A stretch of DNA of 63,343 nt, filler included, from Octopus bimaculoides (taxonomy: Eukaryota): NCBI RefSeq assembly GCF_001194135.2. It is 6 parts of 5 records of this genome, joined end to end, with 100 filler letters (N's around TTAATTAATTAA, not from the genome) between each part and the next. Parts side by side here need not be neighbours in the genome. Positions count along the whole stretch, not along the records: positions 1 to 14,140 come from NC_069006.1; positions 14,241 to 19,379 come from NC_068983.1; positions 19,480 to 47,646 come from NC_068995.1; 3 more parts are not named here. One strand, given 5' to 3'. Shown here in pieces: positions 12,032 to 24,455 of the stretch. The notes under the pieces were generated by a model that had not been told where the DNA came from, searched no databases, and worked only from the letters and a program-made list of their open reading frames with translations. Within the stretch, counting starts at the first letter, position 1. Each line of letters starts with the position of its first letter. A program made the translations under genes and the position numbers.

Positions 12032-13273
12032 TGGGGGTTGGACAAAATAATGGAAAAACCTAAGATCATAGCATCATAATTTTGAAATATCTATAAAACC
12101 ATCAAAAGCATGTTATTTTTATGTTTTTTGATTCATTATTAGTGTTGCTTAATATGTTTTGCTAAAATTACTGTTTCTTTTCAGATATCATCAGGAAAAA
12201 ATAATTAAAATTTATTAAAATGACAGATCTATCGGATTTTCCAATAGGTCCAATTGTTGGTGCTTGTATGGCAGACACTAGCGTAACGAAAACAGCCGAA
12301 ATGTTTGGTGTATCAAGAAGTACCGTCTCAAAAGTAATGACAACCTTTGAGAAATAGGGAAAAACTTCCTTGTCAAAACAAGACTCTGGAAGAAAGCCAA
12401 AACTTTCAAATAGGGACCATCGGACTGTTACGCGAATTGTTAGAAAGGATCACAAAAGTACAGCTCTCAAAATAACTACAGAGCTTAATGACCACCTTGA
12501 GAACCCAGTTTCCACAAAAACTGTTTGCTGGGAGCTGCACAAAGCTGGATTTTATGGGAGAGCTACAATCAGAAAACCACTACTTTCAAAAACAAATGTT
12601 GCAATGTGTTTAGAGTGGAGTAAAATCCTACAGAATTGGTCCCCAGAGCAGTGGAAAAATGTTATTTTCTCAGATGAGTCATCCATTACCTTATTTTCGA
12701 CCACTGGCTGAGTATACATGTGGAGACAGCTAAAAGAAGCATTTGACCCAGACTGCCTTCTTCCAACTGTTTAACATGGAGGAGGATCTGTGATGATCTG
12801 GTGGGCTTATCTTGGAAATTCGCTGGCCAAGTGGTTTCCCTTCATGGCAGAATAAATAGTCAAAACTATTTAAGCATTTTATCTGATCAAATTCATCCTG
12901 TGGTTTGGGAACTGTTTCCGGAGGGAAGTGCAATCTCTTAGGATGATAATGCACCAATTCACACAGCTAAAGTTGTTACTGAATGGCACGAGGAACATTC
13001 TAGTAAAGTTGAACATCTTATGTGGCCACCACAGTCCCCAGATCTCAAAATTATTGAGCATTTATGGTGCATTTTAGAAAAACAAGTAAGGAGTCGATAT
13101 CCTCAAGAACTGGAGACTGTTTTAGCTGAAGAATAAACAGAAATTCCTTTATAAGCAATTTAAACTTTGTACGAGTCCATACCTTGTAGAATTCAAGCTG
13201 TAATTACTGCCAAAGGCAGTCCTACCCCATATTAAAATAAATTCGTTTGAAATTTTAAGATGTTTCCATTATT
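12032..13273 (+). mobile_element. Tc1-like transposon (DD36E spacing), defective transposase 12220-13235, right TIR truncated
   Basis: Left TIR (T)GGGGGTTGGACAAAATAATGGAAA after TA repeats. Translation MTDLSDF..IVGA..AE.FGVSRSTVSKV, SGRKPKLS, WKNVIFSDES, DNAPIH, WPPQSPDLKIIE, with several in-frame stops and a frameshift. Confidence 0.92.
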
Positions 13274-13560
13274 CTTAGGATAAAAATTCTCTCCTTAGAT
13301 TCTTTGAATCCTGTAGATTCTTCTTTGTCTTCTGTTGTTAATGTTTTCCTAGGTGTGCATTGCCAATATAATGCAGTTTCATCTTCATTATACACCTGTG
13401 CAGGACTGAATTCTTCATCAACTATGAGTCTGCATACTTTACAGACTGCTTTTCTCTCCACGTTTATTCTTGGAAGCACATTCATGTTCTATTAATGATC
13501 TGCAGGGTCACCATATTTCATTACATGCCCATTATCCATTTTCCATTTTCAATCTCGTTG
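13274..13560 (-). pseudogene. pogo/Tigger DDE_1 transposase fragment
   Basis: ORF 13255..13485 contains LIVDEEFSPAQVYNEDETALYWQCTPRKTL..GFKESKERI, the first catalytic D region of pogo-family enzymes. Confidence 0.85.
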
Positions 13561-13825
13561 TTTACAGATACAAAATGTAACAAAATCAGTGCTGGCTATA
13601 GATTCTATAGAATATCTGTAGACATAACCTTAACAAGTGAAGCTCATATTCTAATTTTATGAAGCAACTTATCCTGCTATAAGTCCCTTCCATCATTCTA
13701 ATGTTATTGAAATCATTTCATTATCACTTGATCATGATCAGTATTCTTACTGTCTTCCATAGTTTTTCTAATAGTCATTTACTTTTTCAAATCACTGTTT
13801 GCATAAAATTTCATTATTTTGTCTC

Positions 13826-14140
13826 ATCATCATCATCATCATCGTTGTTGTTTAACGTCTGCTTTCCATGCTAGCATGGGTTGGACGATTTGACTGAGGA
13901 CTGGTGAAACCGGATGGCTACACCAGGCTCCAATCTGATTTGGCAGAGTTTCTACGGCTGGATGCCCTTCCTAACGCCAACCACTCAGAAAGTGTAGTGG
14001 GTGCTTTTATGTGTCACCCGCACGAAGGCCAGTCAGGCGGGTACTGGCAACGGCCACGCTCAAAATGGTGTATTTTATGTGCCACCCACACAAGAGCCAG
14101 TCCAGGGGCACTGGCAACGATCTCGCTTGAAAATCCTACG
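13826..14140 (-). mobile_element. Young RTE-tail retroposon copy, truncated by a gap
   Basis: Near-identical to 6361-6650, with ~67-bp internal subrepeats at ~14005-14140. Confidence 0.85.
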
Positions 14141-14240
14141 NNNNNNNNNNNNNNNNNNNNNNNNNNNNNNNNNNNNNNNNNNNNTTAATTAATTAANNNN
14201 NNNNNNNNNNNNNNNNNNNNNNNNNNNNNNNNNNNNNNNN
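14141..14240. other. Artificial scaffold linker 44N-TTAATTAATTAA-44N (also 19380-19479, 47647-47746, 57069-57168, 62173-62272)
   Basis: Identical 100-nt structure five times. The 12-mer gives stop codons in all six frames. Confidence 0.95.
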
Positions 14241-14989
14241 TTGATGTTGCTGCTGTTGTTGTCGTCGTCGTCGTTGTTGTTATTAAGGTGGCGAGCAACT
14301 TACTCTAAATGAGAAAAAAGGGATGACCTCAGGCAGTTAACAGTTCTTCGGAATTAATACACCATTCGTAAAAACTGAGCCTGTTTTGTTTGCTTCGTGT
14401 CTAGAGACAAGGGAACAACTCCGGACACGTGCCTCTGTCTCAATAGACGTCATCAGCACGGCATTGCCCAACCTTCACTCCAGTTTGACGAAATATTTTG
14501 ACATATTTAGAAAATCTTGAAGAACGAAAAGTGTACTGCTCTGACTGCGAAAAATGATAAGAGCCGGGTGGTTATATAGAACACCGAAGTGATAGACTGC
14601 TAGTTAAAGCCACACCTCAAGTTTACAAACATCAAACGAACTATTTTTTACAGAATGTGAGAAGCATAGTGTTTTACCCCATCTCAGTGATATTCATGGA
14701 CAAATTTGAAGGAATTTGCTGAAGATAATCCGAGCAGAATGTCATCGTCGGAACTGTGAAGTACTCCACTCATACTACATGGGTAGGTTAACCTTATCTG
14801 TTTTGCCGCACTAAATTCTAAACTTGTTTTGATATCATTTACGTTTCTGCCTCATATGCCCTTCGCACACACACACACACATTACATTATATAGGAGGTT
14901 GATCTATAAGTATCAGGACTGTTGCCATAGTAACGAAGCTAAAGTACGCAAAGAGAAGCCGTTTGGCACAGATTAACCTTGATCTTTGC

Positions 14990-15306
14990 TGTGTATTTGC
15001 TGGGGTCGACTTTACCTTTCGTCCTTTCGGGGTCGATAAATTAAGTACCAGTTACGCTCTGGAGTCGATAAAATCGGCTAGTCCCCCTCTCCCAAATTTC
15101 AGGTGTTGTGCCTAAAGTAGATAGGATCATTATTATTGTTTTTTAAAGCGGTAAGCCTGTAGGATCGTTAGCGCATTAGATAATATGCTTGGCAGCGTTT
15201 CTTCCGGTTTTACTCTCTGAGTTCAAATTCTGCCGAGGTAGACTTTGTCTTTCATCCTTCCGAGGCTGCTAAATCAAGTACCAGATCATCGCTGAGTTGA
15301 TGTAAT
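14990..15306 (+). mobile_element. Two tandem Nin-domain-like SINE copies
   Basis: GTCGACTTTACCTTTCGTCCTTTCGGGGTCGATAAATTAAGTACCAGT at ~15004-15050, with a second head and core at ~15145-15300. Confidence 0.75.
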
Positions 15307-15807
15307 NNNNNNNNNNNNNNNNNNNNNNNNNNNNNNNNNNNNNNNNNNNNNNNNNNNNNNNNNNNNNNNNNNNNNNNNNNNNNNNNNNNNNNNNNNNNNN
15401 NNNNNNNNNNNNNNNNNNNNNNNNNNNNNNNNNNNNNNNNNNNNNNNNNNNNNNNNNNNNNNNNNNNNNNNNNNNNNNNNNNNNNNNNNNNNNNNNNNNN
15501 NNNNNNNNNNNNNNNNNNNNNNNNNNNNNNNNNNNNNNNNNNNNNNNNNNNNNNNNNNNNNNNNNNNNNNNNNNNNNNNNNNNNNNNNNNNNNNNNNNNN
15601 NNNNNNNNNNNNNNNNNNNNNNNNNNNNNNNNNNNNNNNNNNNNNNNNNNNNNNNNNNNNNNNNNNNNNNNNNNNNNNNNNNNNNNNNNNNNNNNNNNNN
15701 NNNNNNNNNNNNNNNNNNNNNNNNNNNNNNNNNNNNNNNNNNNNNNNNNNNNNNNNNNNNNNNNNNNNNNNNNNNNNNNNNNNNNNNNNNNNNNNNNNNN
15801 NNNNNNN

Positions 15808-15840
<33 letters not shown>

Positions 15841-16062
15841 TTGTGTGTCTGTGTTTGTCCCCCTAGCATTGTTTGACAACCGATGCTGGTGTGTTTACGT
15901 TCCCGTAAAATTAGCGGTTCGGCAAAAGAGACCGATAGAATAAGTACTAGGCTTACAAAGAATAAGCCCCGTGGTCGATTTGCTCGACTAAAGGCGGTGC
16001 TGAAGCATGGCCGTAGTCAAATGACGGAAACAAGTAAGAGAGTATAAAAGTAAAAGAGTATA
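15808..16062 (+). mobile_element. 3' half of the CORE-like SINE with central microsatellite
   Basis: TTGACAACCGATGCTGGTGTGTTTAC..TAGCGGTTCGGCAAAAGAGACCGATAGAATAAGTACTAGGC..CATGGCCG.AGTCAAATGAC.GAAACAAGTAA matches 49580-49770 in reverse and 29345-29528. Confidence 0.85.
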
Positions 16063-16926
16063 TATTAAAAGTAATAAAACTTATATAATATTTGGGGAGT
16101 GATAAATATAATTTTCTTATTTTCCTGTTATTTTGGCATTTTTTATTCACATCTTCATACTCTCATTAGTAACTTTCATCACGTCCATTTTTAAACAATA
16201 TCTCCAATTAGAAAATCGCCAAAATGTTGTAATTGTTTCAACGTTTAGTAAAACCTCCACCGTCATTATTGACGGCTTACGTTTTCTAAAGGAATATAGT
16301 GTTCAACTTACCGATGATTTTCACAGACACCGCCATTTCTACATCGCAGAGGACAATCTAAAAAGATAAACATAACATGAAACGATATATACAACAACGT
16401 TTTTTTAAAAAAATAGGATGTGGTTAGACGATGTTCTTTTCTTGTAAAACATCAAAAATATACATTCGCGAGTCTCATTGAACGGTGTATCGACAGAACG
16501 CGGAGTAAATGGAACTGGGACAACAAACGAAGGGTTATACTCTTTATGTTGCATGTCTCGTTTCTCTGTATATTTGTTTTTCGTTGTTCGAAAAAAGTTC
16601 GTTTTCTGTTTTGGTTTTTATGTTTTCGTTTCTCATTGTGTTTAACGTTTTTTTTTTTATGTCCTGTACCCATATATGCATGTATGTATACATATAGATG
16701 TAGGTATGTACATATATGTATGGATATATGCATATATCTATATATTATTTATATTAAATCCTGCTGTTACTTGCACACTAGAGAATTTATGAGCTTCAAT
16801 ACAGTTATCATCGGCAGATTCTGTCGAGTTTGTGGAAGAAACACTCCCATATTGAATACCCTATTTGCCAGGTGGTCTGTCTTTCTCACCTTATATCTAA
16901 CTGGCTTTCATTAAATATACAAACAC

Positions 16927-16980
<54 letters not shown>

Positions 16981-17007
16981 GTGTGCGCGCGTGTGTGTGT
17001 GTGTGTG

Positions 17008-17402
17008 GGGCACATGTATGGCCGTTTGGTTAAAAACCTCGCTTTGCAACCATATGGTTTTCAGTTCAGGCCCACTACGCGACACTTTGGGTATGTGTCT
17101 ACTAGTATAGCTCCGAGACGACCAATACCTTATGAGTGAATTTGGTAGGCTGAATTTATGTCAAGAGCCCGTCGTGTATACGTGTGTGTGTGTGTGTCTT
17201 TCTCCACCGCTTGACAACCGGTGTTGGTTTGTTTATTTCTCCTTAACTCAGCATTTCAGCGAAAGAGAACCGATAGAATAAGTGTTGGGTATTAAAATAA
17301 GCAGTGGAGACGATCTGTTTAACCAAACCTTCAACGCAAATGCCTCAGCAGTCCATGGTTGCAGTCCATGTAAAGGATACAAAATAAAAGATAAGGATAA
17401 AA
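17008..17402 (+). mobile_element. Degenerate full-length CORE-like SINE
   Basis: tRNA-like head, ACTTTGGGTATGTGTCT (cf. ACCTTGGGCAAGTGTCTT), short (TG)n centre and the same 3' half as other copies. Confidence 0.7.
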
Positions 17403-17699
17403 AGAGCTCCCCATCGTGAAGGCTAAAACAGGCCACTCAACATGTAAAGCTGACTTTACCGTTTTCAAAGAACCGCGAGCAATATGTGTTATTTATAGAT
17501 TTGTAAAAGGTTGATAGTAGCAATAGAGATTTAGCCTCTCTCTATCACCTTTCAACAAAATTATATATTTAGAAACAGTAGAACAATTAACAACATAATA
17601 AAAATATGTTTTATTTTGGTGAAGCTTGGCTTTACAAGTCCTGTGTTATTCAGCCTAGCAGCCGCTGGTTGACCTGCAATCAGCATCTGGATATTAAGA

Positions 17700-17900
17700 G
17701 CTCTATTGAGGCATGCCAAAGGAGCAAGTAGTTGTCACGTCGAAAGCATCGCGCTAAAGAGGCTTAGAAAGCGCGCGAAGCGCTTTAAGTACTGGTTTTA
17801 CTACACATGCGCACTCGAGGGGGCTTTCGGGAAGGCAAGTCCCTTGCGCATGCGTAGATTGTACTTCCTTAATGGCGGCTATAATTTCGCGCCACTACAG
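17700..17900. promoter_or_regulatory. CpG-rich candidate TATA-less promoter
   Basis: NRF1-like TGCGCATGCG (17845-17854) and CATGCGCA (17806-17813), ETS-like ACTTCC (17863-17868), YY1-like AATGGCGGC (17871-17879), E2F-like TTTCGCGC (17885-17892), in an otherwise AT-rich context. Confidence 0.5.
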
Positions 17901-18206
17901 ATTAATAAAGAAAAAACAAAGAAAGCAGTTTTGAGAAGCATTTTTGAAATAGATTTAAAAGAAGACAATAATAATTGTATTTACTTGAAAAAGNNNNNNN
18001 NNNNNNNNNNNNNNNNNNNNNNNNNNNNNNNNNNNNNNNNNNNNNNNNNNNNNNNNNNNNNNNNNNNNNNNNNNNNNNNNNNNNNNNNNNNNNNNNNNNN
18101 NNNNNNNAAAGTAAAGACATAAGAAAATAATGAGGAAGATAACATTATCTCTAATACGAATGAACGAACAGTTCTAATATAAAGTTATATTAAATATGTA
18201 AGATAA

Positions 18207-18390
18207 AGCGGTGTGCTGGCGGAATCGTTTGAACGCTGGGGAAAATGGTTAGCAGCGTTTAGTTCGATCTTTGCTTTTCATCCTTTCGAAAAAGATTAAA
18301 TAAATACCAGTTGAATACTGGGGTCTTTGTAATCGACCAGTCTCCTACCCCGAAATTGCTGGCCTTGTGCAAAAATTCGAAACCAATTTT
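18207..18390 (+). mobile_element. Nin-domain-like SINE
   Basis: Head GCGGTGTGCTGGCGGAATCG, core TTTGCTTTTCATCCTTTCG and tail GCTGGCCTTGTGC. Confidence 0.7.
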
Positions 18391-18394
18391 CTTT

Positions 18395-18820
18395 TCTACT
18401 CTAGGCACAATGCCTAAAATTTTGGGGGAGGGGGCCAATCGATTACATCGACCCAACTGCGCAACTGGTACTTAATTTATCGACCCTGGAAGGATGAAAG
18501 GCAAAGTCGACCTCGGCGGAATTAGAACTTAGAACGTTAAGACAGACGAAATACTGCTAAGTATTTCGTCCGGCGTGCTAACGTTTCTTATTTCTTTATT
18601 GCCCCCAAGGGGCTAAACACAGAGGGGACAAACAAGGACAGACAAACGGATTAAGTCGATTATATCGACCCCAGTGCGTAACTGGTACTTATTTAATCAT
18701 ACCCGAAAGGTTGAAAGGCAAAGTCGACCTCGGCGGAATTTGAACTCAGAACGTAACGGCAGACGAAATACCGCTAAGCATTTCGCCCGGCGTGCTAACG
18801 TTTCTGCCAGCTCACCGCCT
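18395..18820 (-). mobile_element. Two tandem Nin-domain-like SINEs (18395-18588 older, 18589-18820 young)
   Basis: 18589-18820 is nearly the exact reverse complement of 61202-61536. Confidence 0.85.
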
Positions 18821-19645
18821 TAAATCGAAACCAGTATTGAAATGTAACAGCATATGAAATTTTATATATGGCGGTGAGCTGACAGTTAAATTTGAGACGT
18901 GAAAAACCTTAAAACAAAAATGACCTTATTATATACACTCTCCGGTTCTTTTCGTTCCGGGTTCAAATCCGCCGAGCACGACTTCATTTTTCCGGGTCGA
19001 CAAAGTACGTACAATGTGGAGTACAGGGGTCGATGTAATAAACTTTTCATTCCTCAAAAACAAACTATCATGGCCTTATAAACTATCATGAGTCACTCAG
19101 TCGGCAAGAAACAACAGTCAAATCTCTATGAAATTACATCTTGCCACAATTAGAAAAGAGGCAATTATTGGATCACGTGGATCTGGATGCACAGTGTGAG
19201 TGATGACAGCTGAAACACCTTTGGTTACAGGTCTGCTTAATCAGGCTGAATAGGAGCTAAACAACAACAGGTCCTTAATAAAAGACTTCAACAGTAAAGG
19301 AAAAATGCCATAAAAGTACTCCAAACTAATATGTGACTAATAGTTTATATATACTGTATGTATATATATATATATATATNNNNNNNNNNNNNNNNNNNNN
19401 NNNNNNNNNNNNNNNNNNNNNNNTTAATTAATTAANNNNNNNNNNNNNNNNNNNNNNNNNNNNNNNNNNNNNNNNNNNNTACGTATGTAGGTAGGTATGT
19501 ACGTATACATATTGTATTCATTATTAATAAAGTGTAAATTTGAAGAAAAAAAAAATTTTAAAAACAAGATGGAAGGTGGTAGGTTGGCAGATTCCGATTA
19601 TTATCATGGTCGTCGTCGCTTTGTTGTTATTGTTGTTGTTGTTAC

Positions 19646-19679
<34 letters not shown>

Positions 19680-19799
19680 ATTGGTATTGGTATATTTTAG
19701 ATTTGATTTAAAAAAAAAAATATTTTTGTTTGTTTTTACTTGTGTTTCTGTTAGTTTAAAAGCAAGCAAAATTGTTGGTTTATTTTGTTGTTAGGATAG

Positions 19800-19806
19800 A
19801 ATAATA

Positions 19807-19848
<42 letters not shown>

Positions 19849-19872
19849 TTAATAATGATAATAATGATATTA

Positions 19873-19906
<34 letters not shown>

Positions 19907-20095
19907 TAATAATAATAAGGATAATCATGTTAATAATAACGCGAATGAGTAAAAAGCATTCATGGCAGATGGAAGATAAAGAATGATGGGGTAACGAACG
20001 CAAATAACACCAATAACATGAACAACAACAAAAGAGCTAAATTTCAAAATGAAATGAAGGGTGAATGAATGAAAGATTGAATAAGAAAAGAAGGA

Positions 20096-20143
<48 letters not shown>

Positions 20144-20266
20144 AGGAAAGAAACTAAGGACGAAAGAAAGACAGTAAAAAAAAGAGAGAAAGAAAGAAAC
20201 AAAATACGAAGGAAGGAAGGAAGGAAGGAAGGAAGGAAGGGAGGGAGGGAGGAAGGAAGGAAGGAA
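19800..20266. repeat. Microsatellite cluster (AAT)n, (AAAG)n, (GAAG)n
   Basis: Directly visible tandem repeats. Confidence 0.95.
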
Positions 20267-21143
20267 TAATGAGTATAAACAGATCGATTCAAAGGGACAC
20301 GGAGAGGACATAGAAATGCAAACACACACATACCTACGCATTCAGGCTTATACGCCCATATATATAATATCTATACTTACATATAAATATATATATATGT
20401 GTATATATGTATATGTATATATANNNNNNNNNNNNNNNNNNNNNNNNNNNNNNNNNNNNNNNNNNNNNNNNNNNNNNNNNNNNNNNNNNNNNNNNNNNNN
20501 NNNNNNNNNNNNNNNNNNNNNNNNNNNNNNNNNNNNNNNNNNNNNNNNNNNNNNNNNNNNNNNNNNNNNNNNNNNNNNNNNNNNNNNNNNNNNNNNNNNN
20601 NNNNNNNNNNNNNNNNNNNNNNNNNNNNNNNNNNNNNNNNNNNNNNNNNNNNNNNNNNNNNNNNNNNNNNNNNNNNNNNNNNNNNNNNNNNNNNNNNNNN
20701 NNNNNNNNNNNNNNNNNNNNNNNNNNNNNNNNNNNNNNNNNNNNNNNNNNNNNNNNNNNNNNNNNNNNNNNNNNNNNNNNNNNNNNNNNNNNNNNNNNNN
20801 NNNNNNNNNNNNNNNNNNNNNNNNNNNNNNNNNNNNNNNNNNNNNNNNNNNNNNNNNNNNNNNNNNNNNNNNNNNNNNNNNNNNNNNNNNNNNNNNNNNN
20901 NNNNNNNNNNNNNNNNNNNNNNNNNNNNNNNNNNNNNNNNNNNNNNNNNNNNNNNNNNNNNNNNNNNNNNNNNNNNNNNNNNNNNNNNNNNNNNNNNNNN
21001 NNNNNNNNNNNNNNNNNNNNNNNNNNNNNNNNNNNNNNNNNNNNNNNNNNNNNNNNNNNNNNNNNNNNNNNNNNNNNNNNNNNNNNNNNNNNNNNNNNNN
21101 NNNNNNNNNNNNNNNNNNNNNNNNNNNNNNNNNNNNNNNNNNN

Positions 21144-21180
<37 letters not shown>

Positions 21181-21697
21181 CTATATATGTATATATTATC
21201 AACGTGTGCATGTGTATGTATATCTAATATCGTGTTAAGATGTTCGTGCGTGTATGTGCGTTTTTCATAATTTTATTATTACACACAATACGAATGCATT
21301 TGATCATGCACTAGTATATGCGTTTATATCTGAGCATATATGGGTGTGTGTATAGATAGACAGACAGACAGACAAATAGATAGCTAGATACATACATACA
21401 TACATACATACATACATACATACGTACATACATACATACATAGACACACTGAAAATCATGCAATCATATAAAAGCTTAAATATACATTAGAAAGATACAT
21501 ATATACGCACACACATACATATACATACATACATACATATATATTTATATAAACATATACATACTTACACACTCACGCATACATGCATAAATGTATACAT
21601 ATATATGTGTATACATATGTATATGTACATTTATATGTATATATGTATGCACATAAATGTGCGTACGTGTGAACACATGAATATATATATGTATATA

Positions 21698-21729
<32 letters not shown>

Positions 21730-22022
21730 NNNNNNNNNNNNNNNNNNNNNNNNNNNNNNNNNNNNNNNNNNNNNNNNNNNNNNNNNNNNNNNNNNNNNNN
21801 NNNNNNNNNNNNNNNNNNNNNNNNNNNNNGTGGTGGTGGTGGTGGTTTTGGTGGTGGTGGTGGTGGTGGTGGTGATGGTATTGGTATTGGTATTGCTGCT
21901 GCTGCTGCTGATGATGATGATGATATTGGTTGTGGTGAATGAAGAGAATGAACAGCCTCGAGAATAACGTTTTCTAATGGAGCAAAATATATACCTACAC
22001 CTTCAAATACACACGCACACAA

Positions 22023-22055
<33 letters not shown>

Positions 22056-22581
22056 TACACACACACGCAGACACGCGCGCATACATTACTCTTCACTGGA
22101 TAGGAAAACTAGTAGACAACACGTCCATACTACACTGATTTCCACCAAAAGTTTGGCGTTTGATGATGCAACCATTACTTATAGATGGCAACGCATTGCT
22201 ACAATAACCATATGAACAACAAACAACAGCCACAAGCAAAAATAAACACCTGATAAATGAACGACGTATCCATTTAATAGTCAAAATTAAAATTCTGGTT
22301 GTAATGTACACACCAATTATATTTGATATGTTTGCAATAAAGTATCAGCAATACACTCCAACATTACTGCATCCTGAAGAAGAGACTGTGAAAGTTTAGA
22401 AATGTTCATGATTTTTGCAGGAAATTTTCTGTTCCAAACAAATTGCAAGAAATTCATACGAAAATATGAGTAAAATCTTATTCCAAAAGATAAGCAACGG
22501 CACAGTCGTGTTTTTAATACAATCTGTATTTGTGTTTCTCTGTGTATGAGTGTGTGTGTGTGTAACGTATGAGTGCTTTTC

Positions 22582-22583
<2 letters not shown>

Positions 22584-22648
<65 letters not shown>
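22584..22648. repeat. (GATA)n tetranucleotide microsatellite; similar arrays near 16930, 27930, 28470, 35030, 35465 and 60990
   Basis: Directly visible. Confidence 0.95.
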
Positions 22649-22649
<1 letters not shown>

Positions 22650-23387
22650 TACTTCGTTCTGCAGCAGTTATGCAAGCATTTATGTATATAGATGTATATG
22701 AATATATGGCTACGAGTATGTGTGTGTGTGTATTTCTCTGTATGTGTGTTTGTATATGTGTACATGAATTTATAAATATACATACATTTTACACACGTAC
22801 TAAAACATATGTGTATGTGTGTATTTATAATATTTATACATTATTGCATACATATTCATGTATAATATATATCTTTCTATATATCTACATACATATATAT
22901 ACATACATATATATAAACGTATCTATATACATACATATATACATATATATATACATACATATATGCATATATGTATATATATTAAATAGATATATATATT
23001 TGCATGTATGTTGCATATTCACACATTCTGTAACTCTAACCAAATAAAAAGAAAATGGAACACAAAATCTCGAAGTTTATAAAAACCAGTTTTCAACACC
23101 ACATGCCTCGAAGATATACTGTTTCCTATTTATACACTCGCACACATAAATATATACACACAGAAACGCGTATATATATATACATGCATTTATTTAATCA
23201 TTCATATGCGCTAGCATTAATCACATATGCATATACACTAATGTATAGATAACATAAAACGTGCGTGTGTGCATGCATGGATGTGTATACCTTGTCAAAG
23301 AACACATGTTTATATTATGGTAGATTTGAACATGGTTGTGTGTTTGTATTGAAATTTAAAAACAGCAGTATGAATAGGCGTTATGTG

Positions 23388-23430
<43 letters not shown>

Positions 23431-23440
23431 NNNNNNNNNN

Positions 23441-23489
<49 letters not shown>

Positions 23490-23654
23490 CGTATGCGTGT
23501 GTGTGTAAGCATATATAAGCATATATATATGTATCAATCTATATATATATATTTACATACAAGCATTTACACACACACACACATATTTATATATGTATGT
23601 ATGAATACATATATATATATATATATATATGTACGCGTGTACATAATTGTATGC

Positions 23655-23687
<33 letters not shown>

Positions 23688-24420
23688 TGTATGCTATATA
23701 ACAGATATTCATTCCTCAAATTCAGTGATTCATTGGGATTTCGTCCAGCTAATCTCTCTCTGTCTCTCTGTATGTGTGTTTCTCTTTCTCTCCCTCTCTC
23801 TCTCTATCTCTTTGTGTCTCTCTTCCTTTCCCCCACCACACACACACTCACCTCTGCACGTACTCAAGCGCACATACTTACACTCACTCACACACACTCA
23901 CACACTTACCACACATGCACGCTCACCATCACAAACAAACGCATATGCAGAAATTCAAACATGCAGTACAATACCATTTCTTCCTCATTCAGTCTGGTTC
24001 CATCACACTTCCTCTCATTCTCTATGCCCCCCACCCACCCATCACCACCACCTCTCTCTCTCTCTCTCTCTCTTTCTCTTTCTTCACCCTCTCTCTCTTT
24101 CTTTTCTCACGTTTTCATTCGCTTTCTAACTTTTAATATTTTTATATTTATCTTTTTCATTGCGCGTACCTGCCTTCTTTTATTAACAAAGCAAACTAAT
24201 TTTTTTTTCCACTGCTGTTAATATTATTAATATATATTAAAATATATCCCCTACCCTCTCTTTGCATCTATTTATCTATCTATCCATAAATCTATCCATT
24301 CTGTCTTTCCTTGCTTCCATAGTTGAACTTGGCTGCTAAAGTCTTACTATGAAAGCCAACTACGATAAACTTACTTACAAGTGCAAAACAATTTTAAATA
24401 TTTATATTACTTTTCTTCCA

Positions 24421-24455
<35 letters not shown>

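Noticed and set aside
14185-14196. Recurrent TTAATTAATTAA motif (five copies)
   Set aside because: Always centred in exactly 44+44 Ns, so it is a synthetic scaffold spacer. It also means neighbours across these points may be unlinked.
14654-14782. Segment bounded by TTTTTTACAG and GTAGGT splice-like signals
   Set aside because: Stops in all three frames; it could be a non-coding exon but nothing else supports it.
20316-21270. Long ORFs filled with X (also near 15.3, 24.7, 30.5, 37.5, 45.8, 52.3 and 59.4 kb)
   Set aside because: They are open only because N codons are not stops; the flanks are (TA)n translations.
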